DNA from: an uncultured Terriglobales bacterium
GTDB lineage: Bacteria > Acidobacteriota > Terriglobia > Terriglobales > Acidobacteriaceae
Reading direction: 5' to 3'
NCBI GenBank assembly: GCA_955652395.1
Contig: CATPBJ010000100.1
Coordinates: 497-64,496, forward strand
DNA: 64,000 bases
The translations under genes and the position numbers were made by a program. The notes beneath the pieces are model-generated. The model had not been told where the DNA came from, did no database searches, and was given only the letters and a program-made list of their open reading frames with translations. Of the stretch, positions 36,858 to 46,118 are shown one piece after another (positions within the stretch are counted from its first letter, which is position 1; each line of letters opens with the position of its first letter).

Positions 36858-38075
36858 ATGAAGGGCAAGAAAGCCGGATCCAGCGGCCGAACTGCCGACC
36901 TGACCATGGCGGAGCGAAGCGGTTTCGAACAAATCGTTGAGAGAGTGGTGTCGCAGGTCCTGGACAACCACGTCCCCGAGTTGCGAAACGATTTGATACG
37001 GCGGGTGCTGGAGGAGCTCCCGCATGCGCCGGGTGCAGCGGCAGCAAGCATTTCTGAAGAAGGCGGATCGGCCAATCTGCTGAAAGCGATTTCAGGCATT
37101 CAATCGGGTACGACGCAACGCGAGATTCTGCGCGCGCTGCTGGACAATACCGTGCGCTACAGCGGGCGCGGGGCCCTATTCGTGGTCAAGGCAGGCGCGG
37201 CCACCGGCTGGCAGGGACGGGGCTTCACTAAAGACGGCGACGATACCATCAAGGATTTTGCCCTCAACGTGACCGTGGGAGTGCCGGAGCAGGCCCTGCG
37301 ATCGCGGATGCCCTTCCGGGGCACGACCCGCGACATCGATCCGGATTTTGTTTCAACATTCGGTGCGCCGGCCGATGACCAGGTCCTGGTGCTGCCCCTG
37401 TTACTGAAGGAAAAGGTTGCGGCGCTGGTCTACGCCGACGGTGGCGTGGAAGGTGGCGGAAAGCTGGACGCCGCCGCCGTCGAGTTGCTGGTCCTGGCAA
37501 CCAGTGCGTGGCTGGAAGTCGCCTCGCTGCGCAAACAGGCACACAAAGAAGAAAAGGAAGAGTCCACCGAGGCGGCCGGCGAGAAGGCTGAAAGCCCGCC
37601 ACCGCCGGTGCATACAGCTCCAGCCCATTCGGATCCTTTTGCGGCGCATGCGCCCAAGCACGTTGTACCCATTCCCGAAGCCATTCCTGTTCCACCTGCG
37701 GTCGTCGAGCATCCCGTCGCAGTCGCCCAAGACGAGCCGGTGGTGACGGGTGCAGCCGCGGCTCCCGCTTCCGCGACTGATGCCTTTGCCAACCTCTCAC
37801 CTGAAGACGCCGACGTTCACCGCAAGGCGCAGCGCTTTGCCCGGCTGCTGGTGGATGAGATCAAGCTGTACAACCAGGTAAAAGTCACCGAGGGACGTCA
37901 GAGCAAGGATTTGTACGACCGGCTCAAGGAAGACATCGAGAAGAGCCGGGCAACCTTCCAGAAACGATACGGTAACACGGCTGCCGGCGGAGCCGATTAC
38001 TTCAGCCAGGAGCTGGTGCGCAGCCTGGCTGAGGATGACACTTCCATCATGGGCGCCAATTTTCGGCGAAATTAA
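36858..38075 (+). CDS. hypothetical protein (GAF-like N-domain, Pro/Ala-rich linker, conserved helical C-terminal domain)
   Basis: 405-aa ORF with clean coding character. The C-terminal HRKAQRFARLLVDEIKLYNQ...DLYDRLKEDIEKSR is a recurrent uncharacterised module. It is divergent from the ECF sigma operon. Confidence 0.6.
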   Translation: MKGKKAGSSGRTADLTMAERSGFEQIVERVVSQVLDNHVPELRNDLIRRVLEELPHAPGAAAASISEEGGSANLLKAISGIQSGTTQREILRALLDNTVRYSGRGALFVVKAGAATGWQGRGFTKDGDDTIKDFALNVTVGVPEQALRSRMPFRGTTRDIDPDFVSTFGAPADDQVLVLPLLLKEKVAALVYADGGVEGGGKLDAAAVELLVLATSAWLEVASLRKQAHKEEKEESTEAAGEKAESPPPPVHTAPAHSDPFAAHAPKHVVPIPEAIPVPPAVVEHPVAVAQDEPVVTGAAAAPASATDAFANLSPEDADVHRKAQRFARLLVDEIKLYNQVKVTEGRQSKDLYDRLKEDIEKSRATFQKRYGNTAAGGADYFSQELVRSLAEDDTSIMGANFRRN

Positions 38076-38080
38076 TCAGA

Positions 38081-40390
38081 GTGGTCCTTCATCGTTGGCA
38101 ATCGGTCCTGATTAGATTTTCTTTGATCGTGGCCGTCCTGTGCGTCGATCCGGCTTCCTTCGCCTTGCCTGCGGCCGTGCAGTCTTCTACCCAAAAGGTT
38201 CAGCCCCGAAAAAAAAGCAACAAGGTCTCGGCCAAGCGCCGCCGTCGTGCGACCCCCCGGTCGCGCCGGATGCACGCGGCATTCGTGGCCTCCACGAGTC
38301 TGAAACCGATGGCACGGCAACTGCTGCAGGACCGCACTCCCGCCGCCTATGCGGGAGTAGAGGCCTACGCCCGGCGTCACCACCAGGAAGATGCGGGCGC
38401 GCTGGCCTGGCTGGTGCTGGGATATGCGCACGCCCTCGACAAGGACTACGCCAAGGCTGTGGATCCCCTGAATCGCGCCAAACCTCGGGCGGGAGATCTG
38501 GGGGATTACATCAGCTTTTATCTGGGCACCGCGTACTCTCAAAGTGGGAGGACGGCGGAGGCCGTTACCACCCTGAGTGATTTCGAGAAGCAATATCCGG
38601 AGTCGTTGCTGTTACGCGACGCGCACGTTCTATATGGCACCGGGCTGCTGGCCGAAAACCGGTCGCAGGAGGCGATCACCGTTCTCGAGAAGAATCGGCA
38701 ACCGCCCCGAGCCGATCTGGAGTTGGCGTTGGGACGAGCCTATGCCGCGGCGGGACAGCCCATCCAAGCGGCTGAGATCCTGCGCAACCTGTACATCACC
38801 ATGCCGCTTAGCGCGGAGGCCAGTCAGGCCGATGTAGAAGTCAAGAAGCTGGCTTCGACCACGCCCTTACCACCACTCGGGCTGAACGGACGCAGAACGC
38901 GTGCCGATCTGCTGGCTAAAGGCAAGCGATTCAGCGATGCCGCGGACGAGTATCGCGATCTGCTCAGCGTGGCGAGTCCGAGCGACCGTCCCGAGATCCA
39001 ACTGGCGTTCGCGGTGGCGTTGCGTCGATCCGGACAAGACAAGGAAGCGAAGAAGGCCCTGGAAACTCTGGACAGCTCGGCGCTGGAAATCAACACCCAG
39101 CGGCTTTACAACCTGGGTGAAATAGCGCGCAACAGCGGGGATGAGGAAGGCTTCTTGCGCTATCTGGCAGAGTTGCGCCAAGCCGCGCCCACCAGCTTGT
39201 GGCTGCAACAGGCGTTGCTTTCCGCGGGCAATTTCTACCTGCTCAAACCCGACTACGACAAGGCGATTGATGCGTATCGAGAGTTGCAGCAACGCTTTCC
39301 CAACGCGGGCCGCGCCTCGTACGCGCATTGGAAGGTGGCATGGCTCAGCCTTCGCCAAGGCAGGGCCGCCGAAGCCAAAACCGGATTTGAGCAGCAAATC
39401 GGTTTGTACCCCGCCTCGGCGGAGGTTCCTGCGGCACTGTACTGGCGAGCCCGCCTGGCGGAAGAAGACAAAGATACTAGCATGGCGCGCGCGTATTACC
39501 AGAAGCTTTCTGAACGATTCCGCAATTTCTACTACGGCGAACTGGCGCGCCGCCGTCTGCGAGAACTCAAGGCAGACGACGAGCCGGCGCGCGATCTTCC
39601 GCGCGATTTTCCGCACTATGCTTTGCTGGACCGGGTTCCGCCCATCAGCGCCGGAACCAGCATCACCACTAGTGATCCGCCGACGGACAACCTGCGTTAT
39701 CAGAAAGCGCAAGTGCTGGAGAACGGTGGGCTGCTGGACTTTGCCGTGCTCGAACTGCAAGCCGCCGCCCGGGAAGACCAGGGAAACTGGGTCGCGGCTG
39801 AGACGGCGAAACTCTACGAAGATGCGGGACGCTATGACGGCGCGATTCAGGTATTCAAACGGGCCGTGCCCAACTATTTTGCTGTCGATTTGCCGACGCT
39901 GCCGCGCCCTTACTGGGAGGCCCTGTTCCCCAAGCCCTACTGGCCTGACCTGAAGAAGTTTTCGTCACAGAATGCCCTGGATCCCTATCTGGTGGCATCC
40001 CTGATACGGCAGGAGTCGGAATTCAATCCCAGCGCGGTATCGCGAGCCAATGCGCTGGGGCTGATGCAGCTGCTGCCCAAGGTCGGCACTGCGGTCGCGA
40101 AACAGGAGAAGCTTAGGCATTTTTCTTCGGCGCAATTGTTTACTCCCGAGGTCAATCTCCAGCTGGGCCCCCGCTATTTCCGCGAGATGGTGGACAAGTT
40201 TGGTGCCTTCGAATACGCCCTGGCCGCCTACAACGCGGGTACGAACCGGGTAGATGATTGGCTGGGACAGGGGAAATATCGCGATCCGCAGGAGTTTGTA
40301 GAGTCGATCCCGTTTACCGAGACCCGGGAATACGTGCAGGCCATTCTCCGGAACGCCAATGTATACCGGCAGTTGTATGGGACGCCATAG
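38081..40390 (+). CDS. slt: soluble lytic murein transglycosylase (Slt70-like)
   Basis: 769 aa. A signal peptide and a long TPR/superhelical region precede a C-terminal SLT domain (IRQESEFNPSAVSRANALGLMQL...AYNAG). Confidence 0.9.
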   Translation: MVLHRWQSVLIRFSLIVAVLCVDPASFALPAAVQSSTQKVQPRKKSNKVSAKRRRRATPRSRRMHAAFVASTSLKPMARQLLQDRTPAAYAGVEAYARRHHQEDAGALAWLVLGYAHALDKDYAKAVDPLNRAKPRAGDLGDYISFYLGTAYSQSGRTAEAVTTLSDFEKQYPESLLLRDAHVLYGTGLLAENRSQEAITVLEKNRQPPRADLELALGRAYAAAGQPIQAAEILRNLYITMPLSAEASQADVEVKKLASTTPLPPLGLNGRRTRADLLAKGKRFSDAADEYRDLLSVASPSDRPEIQLAFAVALRRSGQDKEAKKALETLDSSALEINTQRLYNLGEIARNSGDEEGFLRYLAELRQAAPTSLWLQQALLSAGNFYLLKPDYDKAIDAYRELQQRFPNAGRASYAHWKVAWLSLRQGRAAEAKTGFEQQIGLYPASAEVPAALYWRARLAEEDKDTSMARAYYQKLSERFRNFYYGELARRRLRELKADDEPARDLPRDFPHYALLDRVPPISAGTSITTSDPPTDNLRYQKAQVLENGGLLDFAVLELQAAAREDQGNWVAAETAKLYEDAGRYDGAIQVFKRAVPNYFAVDLPTLPRPYWEALFPKPYWPDLKKFSSQNALDPYLVASLIRQESEFNPSAVSRANALGLMQLLPKVGTAVAKQEKLRHFSSAQLFTPEVNLQLGPRYFREMVDKFGAFEYALAAYNAGTNRVDDWLGQGKYRDPQEFVESIPFTETREYVQAILRNANVYRQLYGTP

Positions 40391-40641
40391 ATCCTGCTTA
40401 TCCCCTGGTCGTTCGGTGGCGTGGCGGGAGGGCACGGCGTGCAGCCGTACCAGGAAGGGTTTTGGACAGTTTCGGCATGGCTGAAGCGGTGCCCTCCCGA
40501 TTCTCAACCGCCCTGCTGTTACGTCTTTTTACAATCTTTTGTTATTCCCCTACAGCAGGTGAGGATTAAGATGTCGCTCTGAGCCATAGGTAGAGTTTCT
40601 ACTCCAGCCAATGGTCACGAAAATACGAAGGAGACAATCTA

Positions 40642-41130
40642 ATGACAGCTTCTGCGAAACCCGTTCCTGACAACTTCCACACCGCAACTCCCTCGCTGGT
40701 GGTTCGCAACGCCGCGAAGGCCATCGACTTCTACAAGAAAGCATTCGGCGCGGAGGAACTCATGCGGATGCCGAGTCCGGACGGAAAGATCATGCACGCT
40801 GAAATAAAAATCGGCGATTCGATCATCTTTTTATCGGATGAAATCCCCAACATGGGCGGCAAGGCCCCAGAATCTGTAGGCGCATACACCGGGGGCATCT
40901 ATCTTTACGTACCCGATGTCGACGAAGTCTTCCAACGGGCGGTGGACGCCGGCGGCAAACCCACCGGGTCTGTGAATGACATGTTCTGGGGAGACCGCGT
41001 GGGTCACTTCGTCGATCCGTTCGGTCATGCCTGGACGGTCAGTACGCACGTGGCCGACCTGACCGAGGTGGAAATGGAAAAGGGAGCCCAGGACTTCTAC
41101 GCCCAGATGGCTCAAAAGAAGACGGCGTAG
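40642..41130 (+). CDS. VOC (glyoxalase/bleomycin-resistance, PhnB-like) family protein
   Basis: 162 aa with AIDFYKKAFGAEE...HAEIKIGDSIIFLSDE...FGHAW, typical of PhnB-like VOC proteins. SD AAGGAG lies upstream. Confidence 0.8.
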   Translation: MTASAKPVPDNFHTATPSLVVRNAAKAIDFYKKAFGAEELMRMPSPDGKIMHAEIKIGDSIIFLSDEIPNMGGKAPESVGAYTGGIYLYVPDVDEVFQRAVDAGGKPTGSVNDMFWGDRVGHFVDPFGHAWTVSTHVADLTEVEMEKGAQDFYAQMAQKKTA

Positions 41131-41150
41131 CTGTACGGGAAACACTTAGA

Positions 41151-41190
41151 CCGCAAAGAGCGCAAAGCGCTCTTTGCGGTTAAGCTTTTT
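41151..41190 (+). terminator. rho-independent terminator (13-bp stem) between convergent genes
   Basis: CCGCAAAGAGCGC-AAA-GCGCTCTTTGCGG is followed by TTAAGCTTTTTT. It abuts the lspA stop on the other strand. Confidence 0.8.
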
Positions 41191-41694
41191 TCAGGCCGAC
41201 TTTTCCGGTGCCGGAGATTTTCCAAAGAGGATTTCTATTACAAGCAGTCCGGCGCCGACCACGATGGCACTGTCGGCCACATTGAACGCGGGCCATTGAT
41301 ATTGGCCGACGTAAAACAGCAGGAAATCGACGACCCGGCCGCTGAGCAGGCGGTCCCAGAGATTGCCCACCGCACCCCCCAGAATCAACGCCAAACCAAT
41401 TCCTGTGCTCTGCATGGAGTGACTGTTTCGCCACAACAGAACCGAGACGATGGCGAGCGCCACAATCGAGAAAAGGACCAGGGCAGCAATCTTCCAGTCT
41501 GACGTCGAGTCAGCGAAAAGACCGAAGGCTGCGCCCCGATTCTCCACGTGAGTCAGACGGAAGAACCGCGGGATGATCTGGATGTTGTCATGCAACGAGA
41601 TGTTCTTTGCGACAGCCCATTTCGCCGCCTGGTCGAGGACCACCACCAACGCTGCAATCAGGAAGTGGAAGCTACGTGTGGATTGAGTCGTCAT
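41191..41694 (-). CDS. lspA: lipoprotein signal peptidase II
   Basis: 167 aa with 4 TMs. It has NRGAAFG and FNVADSAI motifs and lies downstream of ileS, as in many bacteria. Confidence 0.92.
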   Translation of the reverse strand: MTTQSTRSFHFLIAALVVVLDQAAKWAVAKNISLHDNIQIIPRFFRLTHVENRGAAFGLFADSTSDWKIAALVLFSIVALAIVSVLLWRNSHSMQSTGIGLALILGGAVGNLWDRLLSGRVVDFLLFYVGQYQWPAFNVADSAIVVGAGLLVIEILFGKSPAPEKSA

Positions 41695-41761
41695 TCAGGT
41701 TTATTAAAATCTCGAACCTCAAAGAACGGAAAGCAAAGCCTTCCCGTGATCGGCACTGGGT

Positions 41762-44605
41762 TCACCCGCCGATATCTTTCAGTACGGCGCTGCAACGTTC
41801 ACACACCGTGGGATAGACGGCGTCTTCCCCCACGCGGGTGGAGTAATTCCAGCAGCGCTCACATTTCTTGCCGTCGGCCTTACTCACCTGAACCCTGACT
41901 CCGCCGGTCCCGTTTCCTGAATTGCCCTGCTGCAGAGTGACCGCCGACACAATGAACAGATAGCGCAACCGATCCTTGAGGCGCGTTAGAACCGAGAACA
42001 CAGGCTCGGCGGCCGTCACCGTAACTTGCGCCTCGAGATTGGCGCCGCCAATCAGGTTGCTTTGCCGGGCTTCTTCCAGAGCCTTCAACACCTCGGTGCG
42101 GACCGCCAGCAGGGTGTTCCAATCCTCGCGCTGCTTGGGGTCCTCTGCGGGGGATGCACCGCCCAGTATGTCAGATGCGACAGGGAAGTTTGCGAGATGC
42201 ACACTGGCGTCACGATCGGGTAGCGCGGGCAAATACTGCCACACTTCGTCGCTCGTGAAGCTTGTGATGGGCGCAAGCAAGCGGACCAGGGCCTCGCCGA
42301 TGCGCCAGATCGCTGTCTGCGCTGCCCGGCGGGCACGTGACTTTGGGGCTGAGGTGTACAGGCGATCTTTCAACACGTCGAAATAGAACGCGCTCAACTC
42401 CACGACGCAGAAGTCATTGATGCGATGGTAAATCTTGTGAAAGGCGAACTCGTCGTACCAGCGGGTGACATCTGCGGCCATGGCCACGGTCTGGCGCAGC
42501 ATGTACTGATCGAGGATGTCCATTTCATCGAATGCGACCGCATTCTTTTGCGGATCAAAATCGTGGAGGTTACTCAGAATGTAGCGAAACAGGCTGTTGC
42601 GAATCTTGCGGTAGCTCTCAGCCACCCGTTGCATCAGTTGCTCGGAACCAACCACATCCTCGCGAAAATCGACGGAGGCCACCCAGAGGCGAACGATCTC
42701 TCCGCCCAGGCGGCTGGCAATATCGACGGGATCTACATCGTTGCCGCGAGACTTGGACATGGCTTGTCCTTTCTCGTCGAGCGTCCAACCGGGAGTGACG
42801 ACTCCACGGTAGGGCGGGCTGCCGCGAGTGCCCATGGCGCAGAGCAGGGAAGACTGGAACCATCCCCTGTACTGGTCGCCGCCTTCGAGATAAAGATCGG
42901 AGGGCCAGGGATAACTGGGTTCATCGTCGCACAGGGCGAGATAGCTGGCGCCTGACTCGAGCCATACGTCGAAAATATCCGTCTCCCGCTCAAAGCTGGT
43001 ACCGCTGCAGTGCGGGCACTTGGCGCTGGCGGGAAGGACCGCATCGGCTTCGGGCGTGTACCATGCGTCGGCTCCGGAGCGAGCGAACAGCTCGGCTACC
43101 TTGGCATTGATGGCGGGGTCGTTCAGTGGCTTGCCGCAGCTCTTGCAAAGAAAAACCGCAATGGGCACACCCCAGACGCGCTGCCGCGAGATGCACCAAT
43201 CGGGGCGGGTGGCAATCATGTTGTGCATACGTTCTTTGCCCCAGGCCGGGTCCCACTTCACTTTCTCAACGTCTTCCAGAGTGCGGCTGCGCAGGGTTCC
43301 TCCGCCCGGCATGGCAGCTTCCATCGAGATGAACCACTGCTCGGTGGCGCGAAAAATGATGGGATTGTGGCAGCGCCAGCAATGCGGATAGGAATGCACG
43401 AGTTTTTCCGTGTGCAGCAGGGCGCCGCGCCTTTTGAGCAGCTCGATAATGGGCGCATTGGCGTCCCAAACTTTCAAACCGTTGTACTCGGGAAGACCGT
43501 TGCGCATGATGCCCTTTTCGTCCACATTACTGGTAACGTCGAGGCCATACTTCACGCCGGTAGCGAAGTCTTCCGCACCATGCGAGGGCGCGGTGTGGAC
43601 AATGCCCGTGCCGGTGTCCATGGTCACATAGTCGGCCAGCACGCCAAGAATCTGGCGATCGAGGAAGGGATGCTGAAAATTCAGCCGCTCCATCTTGCTC
43701 CCCGAGAAGCGTGCGATTTCGCGCGCGTCCTGGAGATGGCATTTCTGAGCAACATCGGTCGCTAGCCTGGCCGCGACTATATAGACTTCGCCCCCAGATT
43801 CGAGCGCAACGTATGGCTCGTTGGGATGGAAGGCCACAGCCATGGAAGCGGGAAGCGTCCAGGGAGTGGTGGTCCAGATGATGGTGGATACTTTTTTCCC
43901 CGCCAGCGCAGCATCAATCTTCACCGGATCGTCGAGCAGCGCGTACTTCACCCAGACCGTTTGGGTGGTGTCGTTCTCGTATTCAACTTCGGCTTCGGCC
44001 AGCGCCGTCTCGTCGTGCATGCACCAATAGACGGCGCGCAGACCCTTGTACACGAAGTTGTTTTCGTAAAAGCTGTAAAAGGTTTTGAGCACCACCGACT
44101 CGTACTGCGGGGTCATGGTGGAATAGGGCCGGTCAAAACGCCCGAAGACGCCGATACGCTTGAACTGCTCCCGTTGCAGGTCGAGATACTTTTCGGCAAA
44201 CTTGCGGCACTCGCGGCGCACATCCAGCGGCCGCATCTGGAGCTTCTTGCCGCCGAGCATCTGGTCAACTTTGATCTCGATGGGCAGGCCGTGACAGTCC
44301 CATCCCGGGACATAAGGGGCGTCGTATCCGGCCATGGTCTTGGACTTGACCACGAAATCCTTCAGGCACTTGTTGAGCGCGGTACCCAGATGGATGGGTC
44401 CGCTGGTGTAGGGCGGCCCATCATGGAGGACGTAAAGCTTCGCCCCGCGACGCGCCTCGCGAATACGCTCGTAAATCCGCATCTGCTCCCAGCGGGCCAG
44501 AGCCCTAGGCTCGTTCTGGGGCAGGTTGGCCTTCATGGGAAAGTCGGTCTTAGGCAGATTAATGGTGGATTTCAGGTCGAGCGGCACTCGGTTGGTTTCT
44601 CCCAA
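41762..44605 (-). CDS. ileS: isoleucine--tRNA ligase
   Basis: 947 aa with a HIGH-type motif (PIHLGTALN), a KMSKS motif (AMSKSRGN), an editing domain and a C-terminal CxxC...CxxC zinc finger. The likely real start is GTG 44587 (SD GGGAGA) rather than TTG 44605. Confidence 0.95.
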   Translation of the reverse strand: MGETNRVPLDLKSTINLPKTDFPMKANLPQNEPRALARWEQMRIYERIREARRGAKLYVLHDGPPYTSGPIHLGTALNKCLKDFVVKSKTMAGYDAPYVPGWDCHGLPIEIKVDQMLGGKKLQMRPLDVRRECRKFAEKYLDLQREQFKRIGVFGRFDRPYSTMTPQYESVVLKTFYSFYENNFVYKGLRAVYWCMHDETALAEAEVEYENDTTQTVWVKYALLDDPVKIDAALAGKKVSTIIWTTTPWTLPASMAVAFHPNEPYVALESGGEVYIVAARLATDVAQKCHLQDAREIARFSGSKMERLNFQHPFLDRQILGVLADYVTMDTGTGIVHTAPSHGAEDFATGVKYGLDVTSNVDEKGIMRNGLPEYNGLKVWDANAPIIELLKRRGALLHTEKLVHSYPHCWRCHNPIIFRATEQWFISMEAAMPGGGTLRSRTLEDVEKVKWDPAWGKERMHNMIATRPDWCISRQRVWGVPIAVFLCKSCGKPLNDPAINAKVAELFARSGADAWYTPEADAVLPASAKCPHCSGTSFERETDIFDVWLESGASYLALCDDEPSYPWPSDLYLEGGDQYRGWFQSSLLCAMGTRGSPPYRGVVTPGWTLDEKGQAMSKSRGNDVDPVDIASRLGGEIVRLWVASVDFREDVVGSEQLMQRVAESYRKIRNSLFRYILSNLHDFDPQKNAVAFDEMDILDQYMLRQTVAMAADVTRWYDEFAFHKIYHRINDFCVVELSAFYFDVLKDRLYTSAPKSRARRAAQTAIWRIGEALVRLLAPITSFTSDEVWQYLPALPDRDASVHLANFPVASDILGGASPAEDPKQREDWNTLLAVRTEVLKALEEARQSNLIGGANLEAQVTVTAAEPVFSVLTRLKDRLRYLFIVSAVTLQQGNSGNGTGGVRVQVSKADGKKCERCWNYSTRVGEDAVYPTVCERCSAVLKDIGG

Positions 44606-44619
44606 ATGGTTGATTTTTC

Positions 44620-44648
44620 ATTATAGGGAGCGGGAGAACGAACGTCCA
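44620..44648 (-). promoter_or_regulatory. candidate sigma-70 promoter of ileS-lspA
   Basis: On the minus strand it reads TGGACG-17 nt-TATAAT. The -10 box ends about 30 nt upstream of the ileS start region. Confidence 0.4.
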
Positions 44649-44944
44649 TTGAACCGGAGAATCAGGGCCCCTAAACGGTGCCCGCAGAATCTGCCAACAA
44701 GTGGATCGGGCGGGCGGGAGTCGCAAAAGCACTGCAGAACGACCGTGGAAACGTGTACAATTTTAATATGGTAGCATTCGCGTGAACGCAGCATCTAAAG
44801 AACTTGGGAAGGGCTGTCGAGGAGCGTTGGTTGCGCAGAATGGGTAACTAAAGTATTCGGTGCCGCCAAAGCAACTTGGCAGATAATGTGCTCATCAAGT
44901 TTAAAATAGGCTAACGCTTAGAGAAAGCCGAATTCGGGTTAACT

Positions 44945-45943
44945 ATGCCAACACTCGACGTCAAACCCCGCAGCGGAGCGGAACCCGAACTCAATTTGCT
45001 GCTTTCAAAGAGCGTATTGGAAGAACCGCTGTGGAAGTCCTTGTTCCAGAACCTGGACGAATTTTTCTTCCCTAAAAAATTACCCCCTCTGGTCCTAACT
45101 TCGAAGCCGGTCCCGGTCAAGGATATCTGGGGTTTCTACGATTACAAGAAAAACGGCGTCCTCGGAACTACCGCCCTGCATTTGCTCGCGATTGCAGCCA
45201 TAGTCGGCCTTACGCTGCTCGGAAGGCGAATGGTGCAGCCGATTGTGAAGGCGCACGAGGCCATTGCGCTGGTCTCTCCCGACGATATCCCTCCGTTAGA
45301 GCCGTCGAAGACGGTCTCGGGTGGTGGCGGCGGTGGCGGCGATCGTGACAAGTTTCAGGCGCCGAAGGGCAAGTTGCCCAAGCAGTCGATGGAACAGATC
45401 ACACCACCGATGGTGGTGGTGCGGAACGATAATCCCAAGCTCACGGCTGAGCCTACGGTCGTGATTCCGCCACAGGTCAAGCTGGCTTTGAATAACCTGC
45501 CGAATCTGGGCGACCCGATGTCGCATTTGCCCTCCGGACCTCCCTCGAATGGCACCGGTTCGGGCGGTGGCATTGGTTCAGGCTCGGGCGGCGGCGTGGG
45601 CGTGGGCACAGGTCCCGGCGTGGGTGAGGGCCGTGGCGGTGGTGTTGGCGGCGGCGTGTTCCGCGTAGGCGGCGGAGTGAGCGCACCGCGAGTCGTCTAT
45701 CAGCCCGACCCGGAGTATTCGGAGGAAGCCCGCAAAGCGAAGTACCAGGGCACCTGCGTCCTTTGGCTGGTGGTCGGGCCGGATGGCAGACCGCGAGATA
45801 TTCGTGTGGCCCGCAGCCTGGGACTGGGACTGGACGAAAAGGCTATCGAGGCAGTGAAGACCTGGAAGTTTGAGCCGGCCATGAAAGACGGGAAGCCGGT
45901 GGCGGTGCAGATTAACGTGGAAGTCAGCTTCCGGCTGTACTAG
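44945..45943 (+). CDS. tonB: energy transducer TonB
   Basis: 332 aa. One TM is followed by Pro- and Gly-rich spacers and a TonB C-terminal domain (YPEEARKAKYQGTCVLWLVVGPDGRPRDIRV...KTWKFEPAMKDGKPV). Confidence 0.88.
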   Translation: MPTLDVKPRSGAEPELNLLLSKSVLEEPLWKSLFQNLDEFFFPKKLPPLVLTSKPVPVKDIWGFYDYKKNGVLGTTALHLLAIAAIVGLTLLGRRMVQPIVKAHEAIALVSPDDIPPLEPSKTVSGGGGGGGDRDKFQAPKGKLPKQSMEQITPPMVVVRNDNPKLTAEPTVVIPPQVKLALNNLPNLGDPMSHLPSGPPSNGTGSGGGIGSGSGGGVGVGTGPGVGEGRGGGVGGGVFRVGGGVSAPRVVYQPDPEYSEEARKAKYQGTCVLWLVVGPDGRPRDIRVARSLGLGLDEKAIEAVKTWKFEPAMKDGKPVAVQINVEVSFRLY

Positions 45944-45963
45944 TTTTATTTTTATTGGCGTCC

Positions 45964-46118
45964 TGTCACCCTGAGCGAGTCAGGATCGTCCGCGGGCGGA
46001 CGATCCAGGGCCGGCTCGATGAGAAAGCCCAGGAATACACGCACTGATCAATTTAATAGGCGCCCTTCGAGTGTATGGCTGCTTCATGAAGCGAGCGGCC
46101 ACTCCGCTCAGGGTGACA
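45964..46118. repeat. MITE-like element with perfect 14-bp terminal inverted repeats
   Basis: TGTCACCCTGAGCG at 45964-45977 has its exact reverse complement at 46105-46118. There is an internal 10-bp-stem hairpin (GGATCGTCCG-cggg-CGGACGATCC). It lies between convergent tonB and murI. Confidence 0.7.

Noticed and set aside
38867-39760. 297-aa minus-strand ORF
   Set aside because: It is antisense to the TPR region of slt and has no independent coding signal.
43010-44626. Two plus-strand ORFs (251 aa and 266 aa)
   Set aside because: Both are antisense to ileS, whose identity is unambiguous.
44882-44900. GATAATG half-site upstream of tonB, considered as a Fur box
   Set aside because: Only 7 nt match the 19-bp Fur consensus, and the remainder is not palindromic.
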